A DNA stretch of 64,000 nt from Yuukianura sp. NJ FZ-2021 (lineage: Eukaryota). Made by a program: the position numbers and the translations under genes. Below are positions 1 to 11,532 of this stretch, piece after piece. The notes beneath the pieces are model-generated. The model did no database searches. It saw only the letters and a program-made list of their open reading frames with translations, and had not been told where the DNA came from. Positions within the stretch are counted from its first letter, which is position 1, and each line of letters starts with the position of its first letter. Where the stretch lies: positions 4,836,001 through 4,900,000 of the forward strand of contig CM102283.1 of assembly GCA_046563655.1 (NCBI GenBank), in the 5' to 3' direction.

Positions 1-3000
1 TGAGACTTTTAATAAATTTTCAAATTTTACGCTATAGGGACACGCTAGTAACACAGGAGCATTTCTGTGGTTTCCTGATTTTTGTGCGGTTTTTTGAAAC
101 CAGTGTATGTAAAATAAAATTTAAAGAAAAGTTTCACCTAACATCTGACCCCAGAATCATCGTTGAAGGGATATGAGACTATTAATAAATTTTCAAATTT
201 TACGCTATAGGGACACGCTATTTACACAGAGACATTTCTGTGGTTTCCTAATTTTTGTGCGGTTTTTTGAAACCAGTGTATGTAAAATAAAATTTAAAGA
301 AAAGTTTCACCTAACATCTGACCCCAGAATCATCGTTGAAGGGATATGAGACTTTTAATAAATTTTCAAATTTTGCGCTATAGGGACACGCTAGTAACAC
401 AGGAGCATTTCTGTGGTTTCCTGATTTTTGTACGGTTTTTTGAAACCAGTGTATGTAAAAAAATTTAAAGAAAAGTTTCACGTCACATCTGACCCCAGAA
501 TCATCGTTGAAGAGATATGAGACTTTTAATAAATTTTCAAATTTTACGCTATAGGGACACGCTAGTAGTACAGGAGCATTTCTGTGGTTTCCTGACTTTT
601 GTACGGTTTTTTGAAACCAGTGTATGTAAAATGAAATTTAAAGAAAAGTTTCAATTAACATCTGACCCCAGAATCATCGTTGAAGGGATATAAGACCTTT
701 AATAAATTTTCGAATTTCACGCTATAGAGACACGCTAATTACACAGAAACATTTCTGTGGTTTCCTAATTTTTGTGCGGTTTTTTGAAACCAGTGTATGT
801 AAAATGAAATTTAAAGAAAAGTTTCACCTAACATCTGACCCCAGAATCATCGTTGAAGGGATATGAGACTTTTAATAAATTTTCAAATTTTACGCTATAG
901 GGACACGCTAGTTACACAGAGGCATTTCTGTGGTTTCCTGATTTTTGTACGGTTTTTTGAAACCAGTGTATGTAAAAAAAATTTAAAGAACAGTTTCACC
1001 TAACATCTGACCCCAGAATCATCGTTGAAAGGATATGAGACTTTTAATAAATTTTCAAATTTTACGCTATAGGGACACGCTAGTAACACAGGAGCATTTC
1101 TGTGGTTTCCTGATTTTTGTGCGGTTTTTTGAAACCAGTGTATGTAAAATAAAATTTAAAGAAAAGTTTCACCTAACATCTGACCCCAGAATCATCGTTG
1201 AAAGGATATGAGACTTTTAATAAATTTTCAAATTTTACGCTATAGGGACACGCTATTTACACAGGAGCATTTCTGTGGTTTCCTGATTTTTGTACGGTTT
1301 TTTGAAACCAGTGTATGTAAAAAAAATTTAAAGAACAGTTTTACCTAACATCTGACCCCAGAATCATCGTTGAAGGGATATGAGACCTTTAATAAATTTT
1401 CAAATATTACGCTATAGGGACACGCTAGTAACACAGGAGCATTTCTGTGGTTTCCTGATTTTTGTACGGTTTTTTGAAACCAGTGTATGTAAAAAAAAAT
1501 TTAATGAAAAGTTTCACCTAACATCTGACCCCAGAATCATCGTTGAAGGGATATGAGACCTTTAATAAATTTTCAAATTTTACGCTATAGGGACACGCTA
1601 GTAGCACAGGAGCATTTCTGTGGTTTCCTGATTTTTGTACGGTTTTTTGAAACCAGTGTATGTAAAATAAAATTTAAAGAAAAGTTTCACCTAACATCTG
1701 ACCCCAGAATCATCGTTGAAGGGATATGAGACTTTTAATAAATTTTCAAATTTTGCGCTATAGGGACACGCTAGTAACACAGGAGCATTTCTGTGGTTTC
1801 CTGATTTTTGTACGGTTTTTTGAAACCAGTGTATGTAAAAAAATTTAAAGAAAAGTTTCACGTCACATCTGACCCCAGAATCATCGTTGAAGAGATATGA
1901 GACTTTTAATAAATTTTCAAATTTTACGCTATAGGGACACGCTAGTAGTACAGGAGCATTTCTGTGGTTTCCTGATTTTTGTACGGTTTTTTGAAACCAG
2001 TGTATGTAAAAAAAATTTAAAGAAAAGTTTCAATTAACATCTGACCCCAGAATCATCGTTGAAGGGATATAAGACCTTTAATAAATTTTCGAATTTCACG
2101 CTATAGAGACACGCTAATTACACAGAAACATTTCTGTGGTTTCCTAATTTTTGTGCGGTTTTTTGAAACCAGTGTATGTAAAATGAAATTTAAAGAAAAG
2201 TTTCACCTAACATCTGACCCCAGAATCATCGTTGAAGGGATATGAGACTTTTAATAAATTTTCAAATTTTGCGCTATAGGGACACGCTAGTAACACAGGA
2301 GCATTTCTGTGGTTTCCTGATTTTTGTACGGTTTTTTGAAACCAGTGTATGTAAAAAAATTTAAAGAACAGTTTTACCTAACATCTGACCCCAGAATCAT
2401 CGTTGAAGGGATATGAGACCTTTAATAAATTTTCAAATATTACGCTATAGGGACACGCTAGTAACACAGGAGCATTTCTGTGGTTTCCTGATTTTTGTAC
2501 GGTTTTTTGAAACCAGTGTATGTAAAATAAAATTTTTAGAAAAGTTTCACCTAACATCTGACCCCAGAATCATCGTTGAAAGGATATGAGACTTTTAATA
2601 AATTTTCAAATTTTACGCTATAGGGACACGCTAGTAACACAGAGGCATTTCTGTGGTTTCCTGATTTTTGTACGGTTTTTTGAAACCAGTGTATGTAAAA
2701 AAAATTTAAAGAAAAGTTTCAATTAACATCTGACCCCAGAATCATCGTTGAAAGGATATGAGACTTTTAATAAATTTTCAAATTTTACGCTATAGGGACA
2801 CGCTAGTAACACAGGAGCATTTCTGTGGTTTCCTGATTTTTGTACGGTTTTTTGAAACCAGTGTATGTAAAATAAAATTTTTAGAAAAGTTTCACCTAAC
2901 ATCTGACCCCAGAATCATCGTTGAAGGGATATGAGACCTTTAATAAATTTTCAAATTTTACGCTATAGGGACACGCTAGTAACACAGGAGCATTTCTGTG

Positions 3001-6000
3001 GTTTCCTGATTTTTGTACGGTTTTTTGAAACCAGTGTATGTAAAAAAATTTAAAGAAAAGTTTCACGTCACATCTGACCCCAGAATCATCGTTGAAGGGA
3101 TATGAGACTTTTAATAAATTTTCAAATTTTACGCTATAGGGACACGCTAGTAACACAGGAGCATTTCTGTGGTTTCCTGATTTTTGTACGGTTTTTTGAA
3201 ACCAGTGTATGTAAAATAAAATTTAAAGAAAAGTTTCACCTAACATCTGACCCCAGAATCATCGTTGAAGGGATATGAGACTTTTAATAAATTTTCAAAT
3301 TTTACGCTATAGGGACACGCTAGTAACACAGGAGCATTTCTGTGGTTTCCTGATTTTTGTACGGTTTTTTGAAACCAGTGTATGTAAAAAAAATTTAAAG
3401 AACAGTTTTACCTAACATCTGACCCCAGAATCATCGTTGAAAGGATATGAGACTTTTAATAAATTTTCAAATTTTACGCTATAGGGACACGCTAGTAACA
3501 CAGGAGCATTTCTGTGGTTTCCTGATTTTTGTACGGTTTTTTGAAACCAGTGTATGTAAAATAAAATTTTTAGAAAAGTTTCACCTAACATCTGACCCCA
3601 GAATCATCGTTGAAAGGATATGAGACTTTTAATAAATTTTCAAATTTTACGCTATAGGGACACGCTAGTAACACAGGAGCATTTCTGTGGTTTCCTGATT
3701 TTTGTACGGTTTTTTGAAACCAGTGTATGTAAAATAAAATTTAAAGAAAAGTTTCACCTAACATCTGACCCCAGAATCATCGTTGAAGGGATATGAGACT
3801 TTTAATAAATTTTCAAATTTTACGCTATAGGGACACGCTAGTAACACAGGAGCATTTCTGTGGTTTCCTGATTTTTGTACGGTTTTTTGAAACCAGTGTA
3901 TGTAAAATAAAATTTTTAGAAAAGTTTCACCTAACATCTGACCCCAGAATCATCGTTGAAAGGATATGAGACTTTTAATAAATTTTCAAATTTTACGCTA
4001 TAGGGACACGCTAGTAACACAGGAGCATTTCTGTGGTTTCCTGATTTTTGTACGGTTTTTTGAAACCAGTGTATGTAAAATAAAATTTTTAGAAAAGTTT
4101 CACCTAACATCTGACCCCAGAATCATCGTTGAAGGGATATGAGACCTTTAATAAATTTTCAAATTTTACGCTATAGGGACACGCTAGTAACACAGGAGCA
4201 TTTCTGTGGTTTCCTGATTTTTGTACGGTTTTTTGAAACCAGTGTATGTAAAATAAAATTTAAAGAAAAGTTTCACCTAACATCTGACCCCAGAATCATC
4301 GTTGAAGGGATATGAGACCTTTAATAAATTTTCAAATTTTACGCTATAGGGACACGCTAGTAACACAGGAGCATTTCTGTGGTTTCCTGATTTTTGTACG
4401 GTTTTTTGAAACCAGTGTATGTAAAATAAAATTTAAAGAAAAGTTTCACCTAACATCTGACCCCAGAATCATCGTTGAAGGGATATGAGACCTTTAATAA
4501 ATTTTCAAATTTTACGCTATAGGGACACGCTAGTAACACAGGAGCATTTCTGTGGTTTCCTGATTTTTGTACGGTTTTTTGAAACCAGTGTATGTAAAAA
4601 GAAATTTAAAGAAAAGTTTCACCTAACATCTGACCCCAGAATCATCGTTGAAGGGATATGAGACCTTTAATAAATTTTCAAATTTTACGCTATAGGGACA
4701 CGCTAGTAACACAGGAGCATTTCTGTGGTTTCCTGATTTTTGTACGGTTTTTTGAAACCAGTGTATGTAAAATAAAATTTAAAGAAAAGTTTCACCTAAC
4801 ATCTGACCCCAGAATCATCGTTGAAGGGATATGAGACCTTTAATAAATTTTCAAATTTTACGCTATAGGGACACGCTAGTAACACAGGAGCATTTCTGTG
4901 GTTTCCTGACTTTTGTACGGTTTTTTGAAACCAGTGTATGTAAAAAGAAATTTAAAGAAAAGTTTCACCTAACATCTGACCCCAGAATCATCGTTGAAGG
5001 GATATGAGACTTTTAATAAATTTTCAAATTTTACGCTATAGGGACACGCTAGTAACACAGGAGCATTTCTGTGGTTTCCTGATTTTTGTACGGTTTTTTG
5101 AAACCAGTGTATGTAAAAAGAAATTTAAAGAAAAGTTTCACCTAACATCTGACCCCAGAATCATCGTTGAAGGGATATGAGACCTTTAATAAATTTTCAA
5201 ATTTTACGCTATAGGGACACGCTAGTAACACAGGAGCATTTCTGTGGTTTCCTGATTTTTGTACGGTTTTTTGAAACCAGTGTATGTAAAATAAAATTTA
5301 AAGAAAAGTTTCACCTAACATCTGACCCCAGAATCATCGTTGAAGGGATATGAGACCTTTAATAAATTTTCAAATTTTACGCTATAGGGACACGCTAGTA
5401 ACACAGGAGCATTTCTGTGGTTTCCTGATTTTTGTACGGTTTTTTGAAACCAGTGTATGTAAAAAGAAATTTAAAGAAAAGTTTCACCTAACATCTGACC
5501 CCAGAATCATCGTTGAAGGGATATGAGACCTTTAATAAATTTTCAAATTTTACGCTATAGGGACACGCTAGTAACACAGGAGCATTTCTGTGGTTTCCTG
5601 ATTTTTGTACGGTTTTTTGAAACCAGTGTATGTAAAAAAAAATTTAAAGAAAAGTTTCACCTAACATCTGACCCCAGAATCATCGTTGAAGGGATATGAG
5701 ACCTTTAATAAATTTTCAAATTTTACGCTATAGGGACACGCTAGTAACACAGGAGCATTTCTGTGGTTTCCTGATTTTTGTACGGTTTTTTGAAACCAGT
5801 GTATGTAAAATAAAATTTAAAGAAAAGTTTCACCTAACATCTGACCCCAGAATCATCGTTGAAGGGATATGAGACCTTTAATAAATTTTCAAATTTTACG
5901 CTATAGGGACACGCTAGTAACACAGGAGCATTTCTGTGGTTTCCTGATTTTTGTACGGTTTTTTGAAACCAGTGTATGTAAAATAAAATTTAAAGAAAAG

Positions 6001-9000
6001 TTTCACCTAACATCTGACCCCAGAATCATCGTTGAAGGGATATGAGACCTTTAATAAATTTTCAAATTTTACGCTATAGGGACACGCTAGTAACACAGGA
6101 GCATTTCTGTGGTTTCCTGATTTTTGTACGGTTTTTTGAAACCAGTGTATGTAAAATAAAATTTTTAGAAAAGTTTCACCTAACATCTGACCCCAGAATC
6201 ATCGTTGAAAGGATATGAGACTTTTAATAAATTTTCAAATTTTACGCTATAGGGACACGCTAGTAACACAGGAGCATTTCTGTGGTTTCCTGATTTTTGT
6301 ACGGTTTTTTGAAACCAGTGTATGTAAAAAAAATTTAAAGAACAGTTTTACCTAACATCTGACCCCAGAATCATCGTTGAAAGGATATGAGACTTTTAAT
6401 AAATTTTCAAATTTTACGCTATAGGGACACGCTAGTAACACAGGAGCATTTCTGTGGTTTCCTGATTTTTGTACGGTTTTTTGAAACCAGTGTATGTAAA
6501 AAAAAATTTAAAGAAAAGTTTCACCTAACATCTGACCCCAGAATCATCGTTGAAGGGATATGAGACCTTTAATAAATTTTCAAATTTTACGCTATAGGGA
6601 CACGCTAGTAACACAGGAGCATTTCTGTGGTTTCCTGATTTTTGTACGGTTTTTTGAAACCAGTGTATGTAAAATAAAATTTAAAGAAAAGTTTCACCTA
6701 ACATCTGACCCCAGAATCATCGTTGAAGGGATATGAGACCTTTAATAAATTTTCAAATTTTACGCTATAGGGACACGCTAGTAACACAGGAGCATTTCTG
6801 TGGTTTCCTGATTTTTGTACGGTTTTTTGAAACCAGTGTATGTAAAATAAAATTTTTAGAAAAGTTTCACCTAACATCTGACCCCAGAATCATCGTTGAA
6901 GGGATATGAGACCTTTAATAAATTTTCAAATTTTACGCTATAGGGACACGCTAGTAACACAGGAGCATTTCTGTGGTTTCCTGATTTTTGTACGGTTTTT
7001 TGAAACCAGTGTATGTAAAATAAAATTTAAAGAAAAGTTTCACCTAACATCTGACCCCAGAATCATCGTTGAAGGGATATGAGACTTTTAATAAATTTTC
7101 AAATTTTACGCTATAGGGACACGCTAGTAACACAGGAGCATTTCTGTGGTTTCCTGATTTTTGTACGGTTTTTTGAAACCAGTGTATGTAAAATAAAATT
7201 TAAAGAAAAGTTTCACCTAACATCTGACCCCAGAATCATCGTTGAAGGGACATGAGACTTTTAATAAATTTTCAAATTTTACGCTATAGGGACACGCTAG
7301 TTATACAGCGGCATTTCTGTGGTTTCCTGATTTTTATACGGTTTTTTGAAACAAGTGTATGTAAAAAGAAATTTAAAGAAAAGTTTCACCTAACATCTGA
7401 CCCCAGAATCATCGTTGAAGGGATATGAGACCTTTAATAAATTTTCAAATTTTACGCTATAGGGACACGCTAGTAACACAGGAGCATTTCTGTGGTTTCC
7501 TGATTTTTGTACGGTTTTTTGAAACCAGTGTATGTAAAAAAAATTTAATGAAAAGTTTCACCTAACATCTGACCCCAGAATCATCGTTGAAGGGATATGA
7601 GACCTTTAACAAATTTTCAAATTTTACGCTATAGGGACACGCTAGTAACACAGGAGCATTTCTGTGGTTTCCTGATTTTTGTACGGTTTTTTGAAACCAG
7701 TGTATGTAAAATAAAATTTTTAGAAAAGTTTCACCTAACATCTGACCCCAGAATCATCGTTGAAAGGATATGAGACTTTTAATAAATTTTCAAATTTTAC
7801 GCTATAGGGACACGCTAGTAACACAGGAGCATTTCTGTGGTTTCCTGATTTTTGTACGGTTTTTTGAAACCAGTGTATGTAAAATAAAATTTTTAGAAAA
7901 GTTTCACCTAACATCTGACCCCAGAATCATCGTTGAAAGGATATGAGACTTTTAATAAATTTTCAAATTTTACGCTATAGGGACACGCTAGTAACACAGG
8001 AGCATTTCTGTGGTTTCCTGATTTTTGTACGGTTTTTTGAAACCAGTGTATGTAAAATAAAATTTTTAGAAAAGTTTCACCTAACATCTGACCCCAGAAT
8101 CATCGTTGAAAGGATATGAGACTTTTAATAAATTTTCAAATTTTACGCTATAGGGACACGCTAGTAACACAGGAGCATTTCTGTGGTTTCCTGATTTTTG
8201 TACGGTTTTTTGAAACCAGTGTATGTAAAAAGGAATTTAAAGAAAAGTTTCACCTAACATCTGACCCCAGAATCATCGTTGAAGGGATATGAGACCTTTA
8301 ACAAATTTTCAAATTTTACGCTATAGGGACACGCTAGTAACACAGGAGCATTTCTGTGGTTTCCTGATTTTTGTACGGTTTTTTGAAACCAGTGTATGTA
8401 AAATAAAATTTAAAGAAAAGTTTCACCTAACATCTGACCCCAGAATCATCGTTGAAAGGATATGAGACTTTTAATAAATTTTCAAATTTTACGCTATAGG
8501 GACACGCTAGTTACACAGAGGCATTTCTGTGGTTTCCTGATTTTTATACGGCTTTTTGAAACAAGTGTATGTAAAAAGAGATTTAAAGAAAAGTTTCACG
8601 TAACATCTGACCCCAGAATCATCGTTGAAGGGATATGAGACTTTTAATAAATTTTCAAATTTTACGCTATAGGGACACGCTAGTTACACAGGGGCATTTC
8701 TGTGGTTTCCTGATTTTTGTACGGTTTTTTGAAACCAGTGTATGTAAAAAAAATTTAAAGAACAGTTTCACGTCACATCTGACCAGAGAATCATCGTTGA
8801 AGGGACATGAGACTTTTAATAAATTTTCAAATTTTACGCTATAGGGACACGCTAGTTATACAGCGGCATTTCTGTGGTTTCCTGACTTTTGTACGGTTTT
8901 TTGAAACCAGTGTATGTAAAAAAAATTTAAAGAAAAGTTTCAATTAACATCTGACCCCAGAATCATCGTTGAAGGGATATGAGACCTTTAATAAATTTTC

Positions 9001-9152
9001 AAATTTTACGCTATAGGGACACGCTAGTTACACAGAGGCATTTCTGTGGTTTCCTGATTTTTGTACGGTTTTTTGAAACCAGTGTATGTAAAAAAAATTT
9101 AAAGAACAGTTTCACGTCACATCTGACCCCAGAATCATCGTTGAAGGGATAT
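1..9152. repeat. Satellite array A, 171-173-bp AT-rich monomer, about 53 copies, truncated by the window start
   Basis: The unit tgagac(t/c)tttaataaattttcaaattttacgctatagggacacgctagt...ctgaccccagaatcatcgttgaagggata recurs at 1, 174, 347 and onward to ~9152. Length variation is confined to the A-tract after tatgt. Confidence 0.99.
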
Positions 9153-9163
9153 CAAGAGAATAT

Positions 9164-10199
9164 CTTAAAATCAAGAGATAAAACTGTTTTCCACTGAAAA
9201 AAAAGCCACATGAATATTTGTTCATATGTAAGCGGTTTTGAAGAAACCAATATTTTTGAAATTTATCTCACGTTTATTGAAATCACAAATCAGCCTTTTT
9301 AGAAGCCAAAAGTACCATAGCAACCACCACTGTTCACGCGCGGTAGTGTGGATTGACATGTTGTCTCTAAAGCCTTAAAATCAAGAGATAAAACTGTTTT
9401 CCACTGAAAAAAAAAGCTACATGAATATTTGTTCATATGTAAGCGGTTTTGAAGAAACCAATATTTTTGAAATTTATCCACAAATCAGCCTGTTTGGAAA
9501 CCAAAAGTAGCGTAGCAACCACCACTGTTCATGCGCCAGAGTATGGATTGAAATGTTGTCTCTAAAGCCTTAAAATCAAGAGATAAAACTGTTTTCCACT
9601 GAAAAAAAAGCAACATGAATATTTGTTCATATGTAAGCGGTTTTGAAGAAACCAATATTTTTGAAATTTATCTCACGTTTATTGAAATCACAAATCAGCC
9701 TTTTTAGAAGCCAAAAGTACCATAGCAACCACCACTGTTCATGCGCGGTAGTGTGGATTGACATGTTGTCTCTAAAGCCTTAAAATCAAGAGATAAAACT
9801 GTTTTCCACTGAAAAAAAAGCTACATGAATATTTGTTCATATGTAAGCGGTTTTGAAGAAACCAATATTTTTGAAATTTATCCACAAATCAGCCTGTTTG
9901 GAAACCAAAAGTAGCGTAGCAACCACCACTGTTCATGCGCCAGAGAATGGATTGAAATGTTGTCTCTAAAGCCTTAAAATCAAGAGATAAAACTGTTTTC
10001 CACTGAAAAAAAAAGCTACATGAATATTTGTTCATATGTAAGCGGTTTTGAAGAAACCAATATTTTTGAAATTTATCCACAAATCAGCCTGTTTGGAAAC
10101 CAAAAGTAGCGTAGCAACCACCACTGTTCATGCGCCAGAGAATGGATTGAAATGTTGTCTCTAAAGCCTTAAAATCAAGAGATAAAACTGTTTTCCACT
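9164..10199. repeat. Satellite array B, five monomers of 210/195/210/194/195 bp plus a partial unit
   Basis: The anchor tcaagagataaaactgttttccact is at 9171, 9381, 9576, 9786, 9980 and 10175. Long monomers carry an extra tcacgtttattgaaat segment. Confidence 0.97.
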
Positions 10200-10593
10200 A
10201 ACCACTTCCGGTAACAGATTTTTAAGTAGTAAGCTACATCAATTAATAAAATTAATATATTTTCGCTGAATTTATTAGGATTGGTTTAATGAAGTGCGTT
10301 TTAACTGAATTTTTCGAGAATTGGATTAAATCCGGCTTTTATCGCTGCTTTCATTACGTTTTGCGTATGTATATAATATAGTGTTTTGGTACTGTCGTGC
10401 GTTCCCCCCATAAATTTCCTGTGAGTATTTTCCTCCAGAGTTACCTCCAGCAGCAGCTTGACACGCGTCCTCGACCGAAGCGAGAAGTAACTTATGGATT
10501 CTTTCTGGGGATTAGTCAGCTCCTCCTATACTGAGGTAAAACCGCCGCCGCGCCGCCGTCCAAATTCAATTCACGGACAAATTCTGTTGTTTG

Positions 10594-10875
10594 CACTGGT
10601 GCTAATTGAGAGACGCCGCTCTTTTGAGAGCGATCGCTCTTTAGAAGAGCGGCCACAAAAATTTTCTGAAAGAGCGGGCGGGAGCGGAGCGAAGCTAAAA
10701 ATTGATGAAGAGCGGCGCTCTTCGCTCCGCCCGCTCCTATGTTAACTTATGAGAGAGCGGGCGGTCGTTAAAGTTTTTTGACCGCTCTGAGCAGAGCGGG
10801 AGCGATGCGGACGAGGGAGCGGAGCGGTAAAATTTGTTGCAGCAGTTGAGCGGCGCTCACTCAATTAGCACAGTG
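10594..10875. mobile_element. Non-autonomous DNA transposon (MITE) with ~28-bp TIRs and 8-bp TSD, in the 5' region of the NDUFB1 locus
   Basis: Left end cactggtgctaattgagagacgccgctc versus reverse complement of right end cactgtgctaattgagtgagcgccgctc. gttgtttg flanks both sides (10586-10593, 10876-10883). The interior is rich in gagcgg subrepeats. Confidence 0.9.
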
Positions 10876-10971
10876 GTTGTTTGCCTTCCAATTTTAAATT
10901 TTATAGGGTAATCAATAATTAAATCGTTGTGAAGTCATCCAATCGTTTTTCAGTTGAGGTCTTGTTCCTTG

Positions 10972-11218
10972 ATGGGTGGTGTAGCCACTTGGAAAAGATA
11001 TCGACCTTCCATCATCTTCCCAGTCATTTGCTTTGGTCTGATTATCGCAGATTGGAATCACACTCGGAAGTGTAAGTCTGGTCTATGTCTGGTCTAGGTG
11101 CTCAGTCAGTTCATATTTAGCAATCTAGATTTTAAAGTAAGTAAGGAATGTTTCTCTATTGGCAGGGAAACTTGGCAAGGCAGCTGAAGAACGGCGAGCG
11201 GGACAGGTTACTGCATAA
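10972..11218 (+). CDS. Spliced 50-aa single-pass membrane micropeptide, join(10972-11071,11166-11218); absent from the ORF track
   Basis: MGGVATWKRYRPSIIFPVICFGLIIADWNHTRKWKLGKAAEERRAGQVTA*. The gtaagt donor (11072) and cag acceptor (11165) join in frame. A hydrophobic segment is flanked by basic residues. Confidence 0.7.
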
Positions 11219-11322
11219 GTGCACCTCTTTGGTAATATTTACTATTAGTACTAGCTTTGATGCTGCAACTTTTAGTTCCGGAGAACTTAACTTATAAATT
11301 AATGATTTAATTTGCTAGAACC

Positions 11323-11532
11323 ATGGTAAAGGTCAACATCTTCGGCTTCAACATCAAGATGATCCCATTCTTCGGAATCATCGCAGCCTGTGGGTTGGTT
11401 GGCAAACAATTCGATAATCACGAAATGCTACGGTCTGCCAAGTACAGAGATAAATCTGCGCTTTTCGGAGGAAACAGGAAGCCTGGAGATCCGCCGTCCT
11501 GGGGCCCGCCAGATCCGAGAGAGCAGTTCTGA
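11323..11532 (+). CDS. NDUFB1: NADH:ubiquinone oxidoreductase subunit B1 (MNLL) homolog
   Basis: 69 aa with one TM segment followed by the RDKSALFG...PPSW motif typical of invertebrate MNLL. Strong aaccATGG context just after a ctag acceptor. Confidence 0.88.
   Translation: MVKVNIFGFNIKMIPFFGIIAACGLVGKQFDNHEMLRSAKYRDKSALFGGNRKPGDPPSWGPPDPREQF

Noticed and set aside
1-9152. CRISPR-like array
   Set aside because: Whole monomers repeat with no unique spacers, there are no cas genes, and the context is eukaryotic.
2896-10080. ORFs in the satellites (2896-3156, 8635-8844, 8979-9197, 9299-9481, 9889-10080)
   Set aside because: Chance open frames in tandem repeats; neighbouring monomers break them with A-tract indels.
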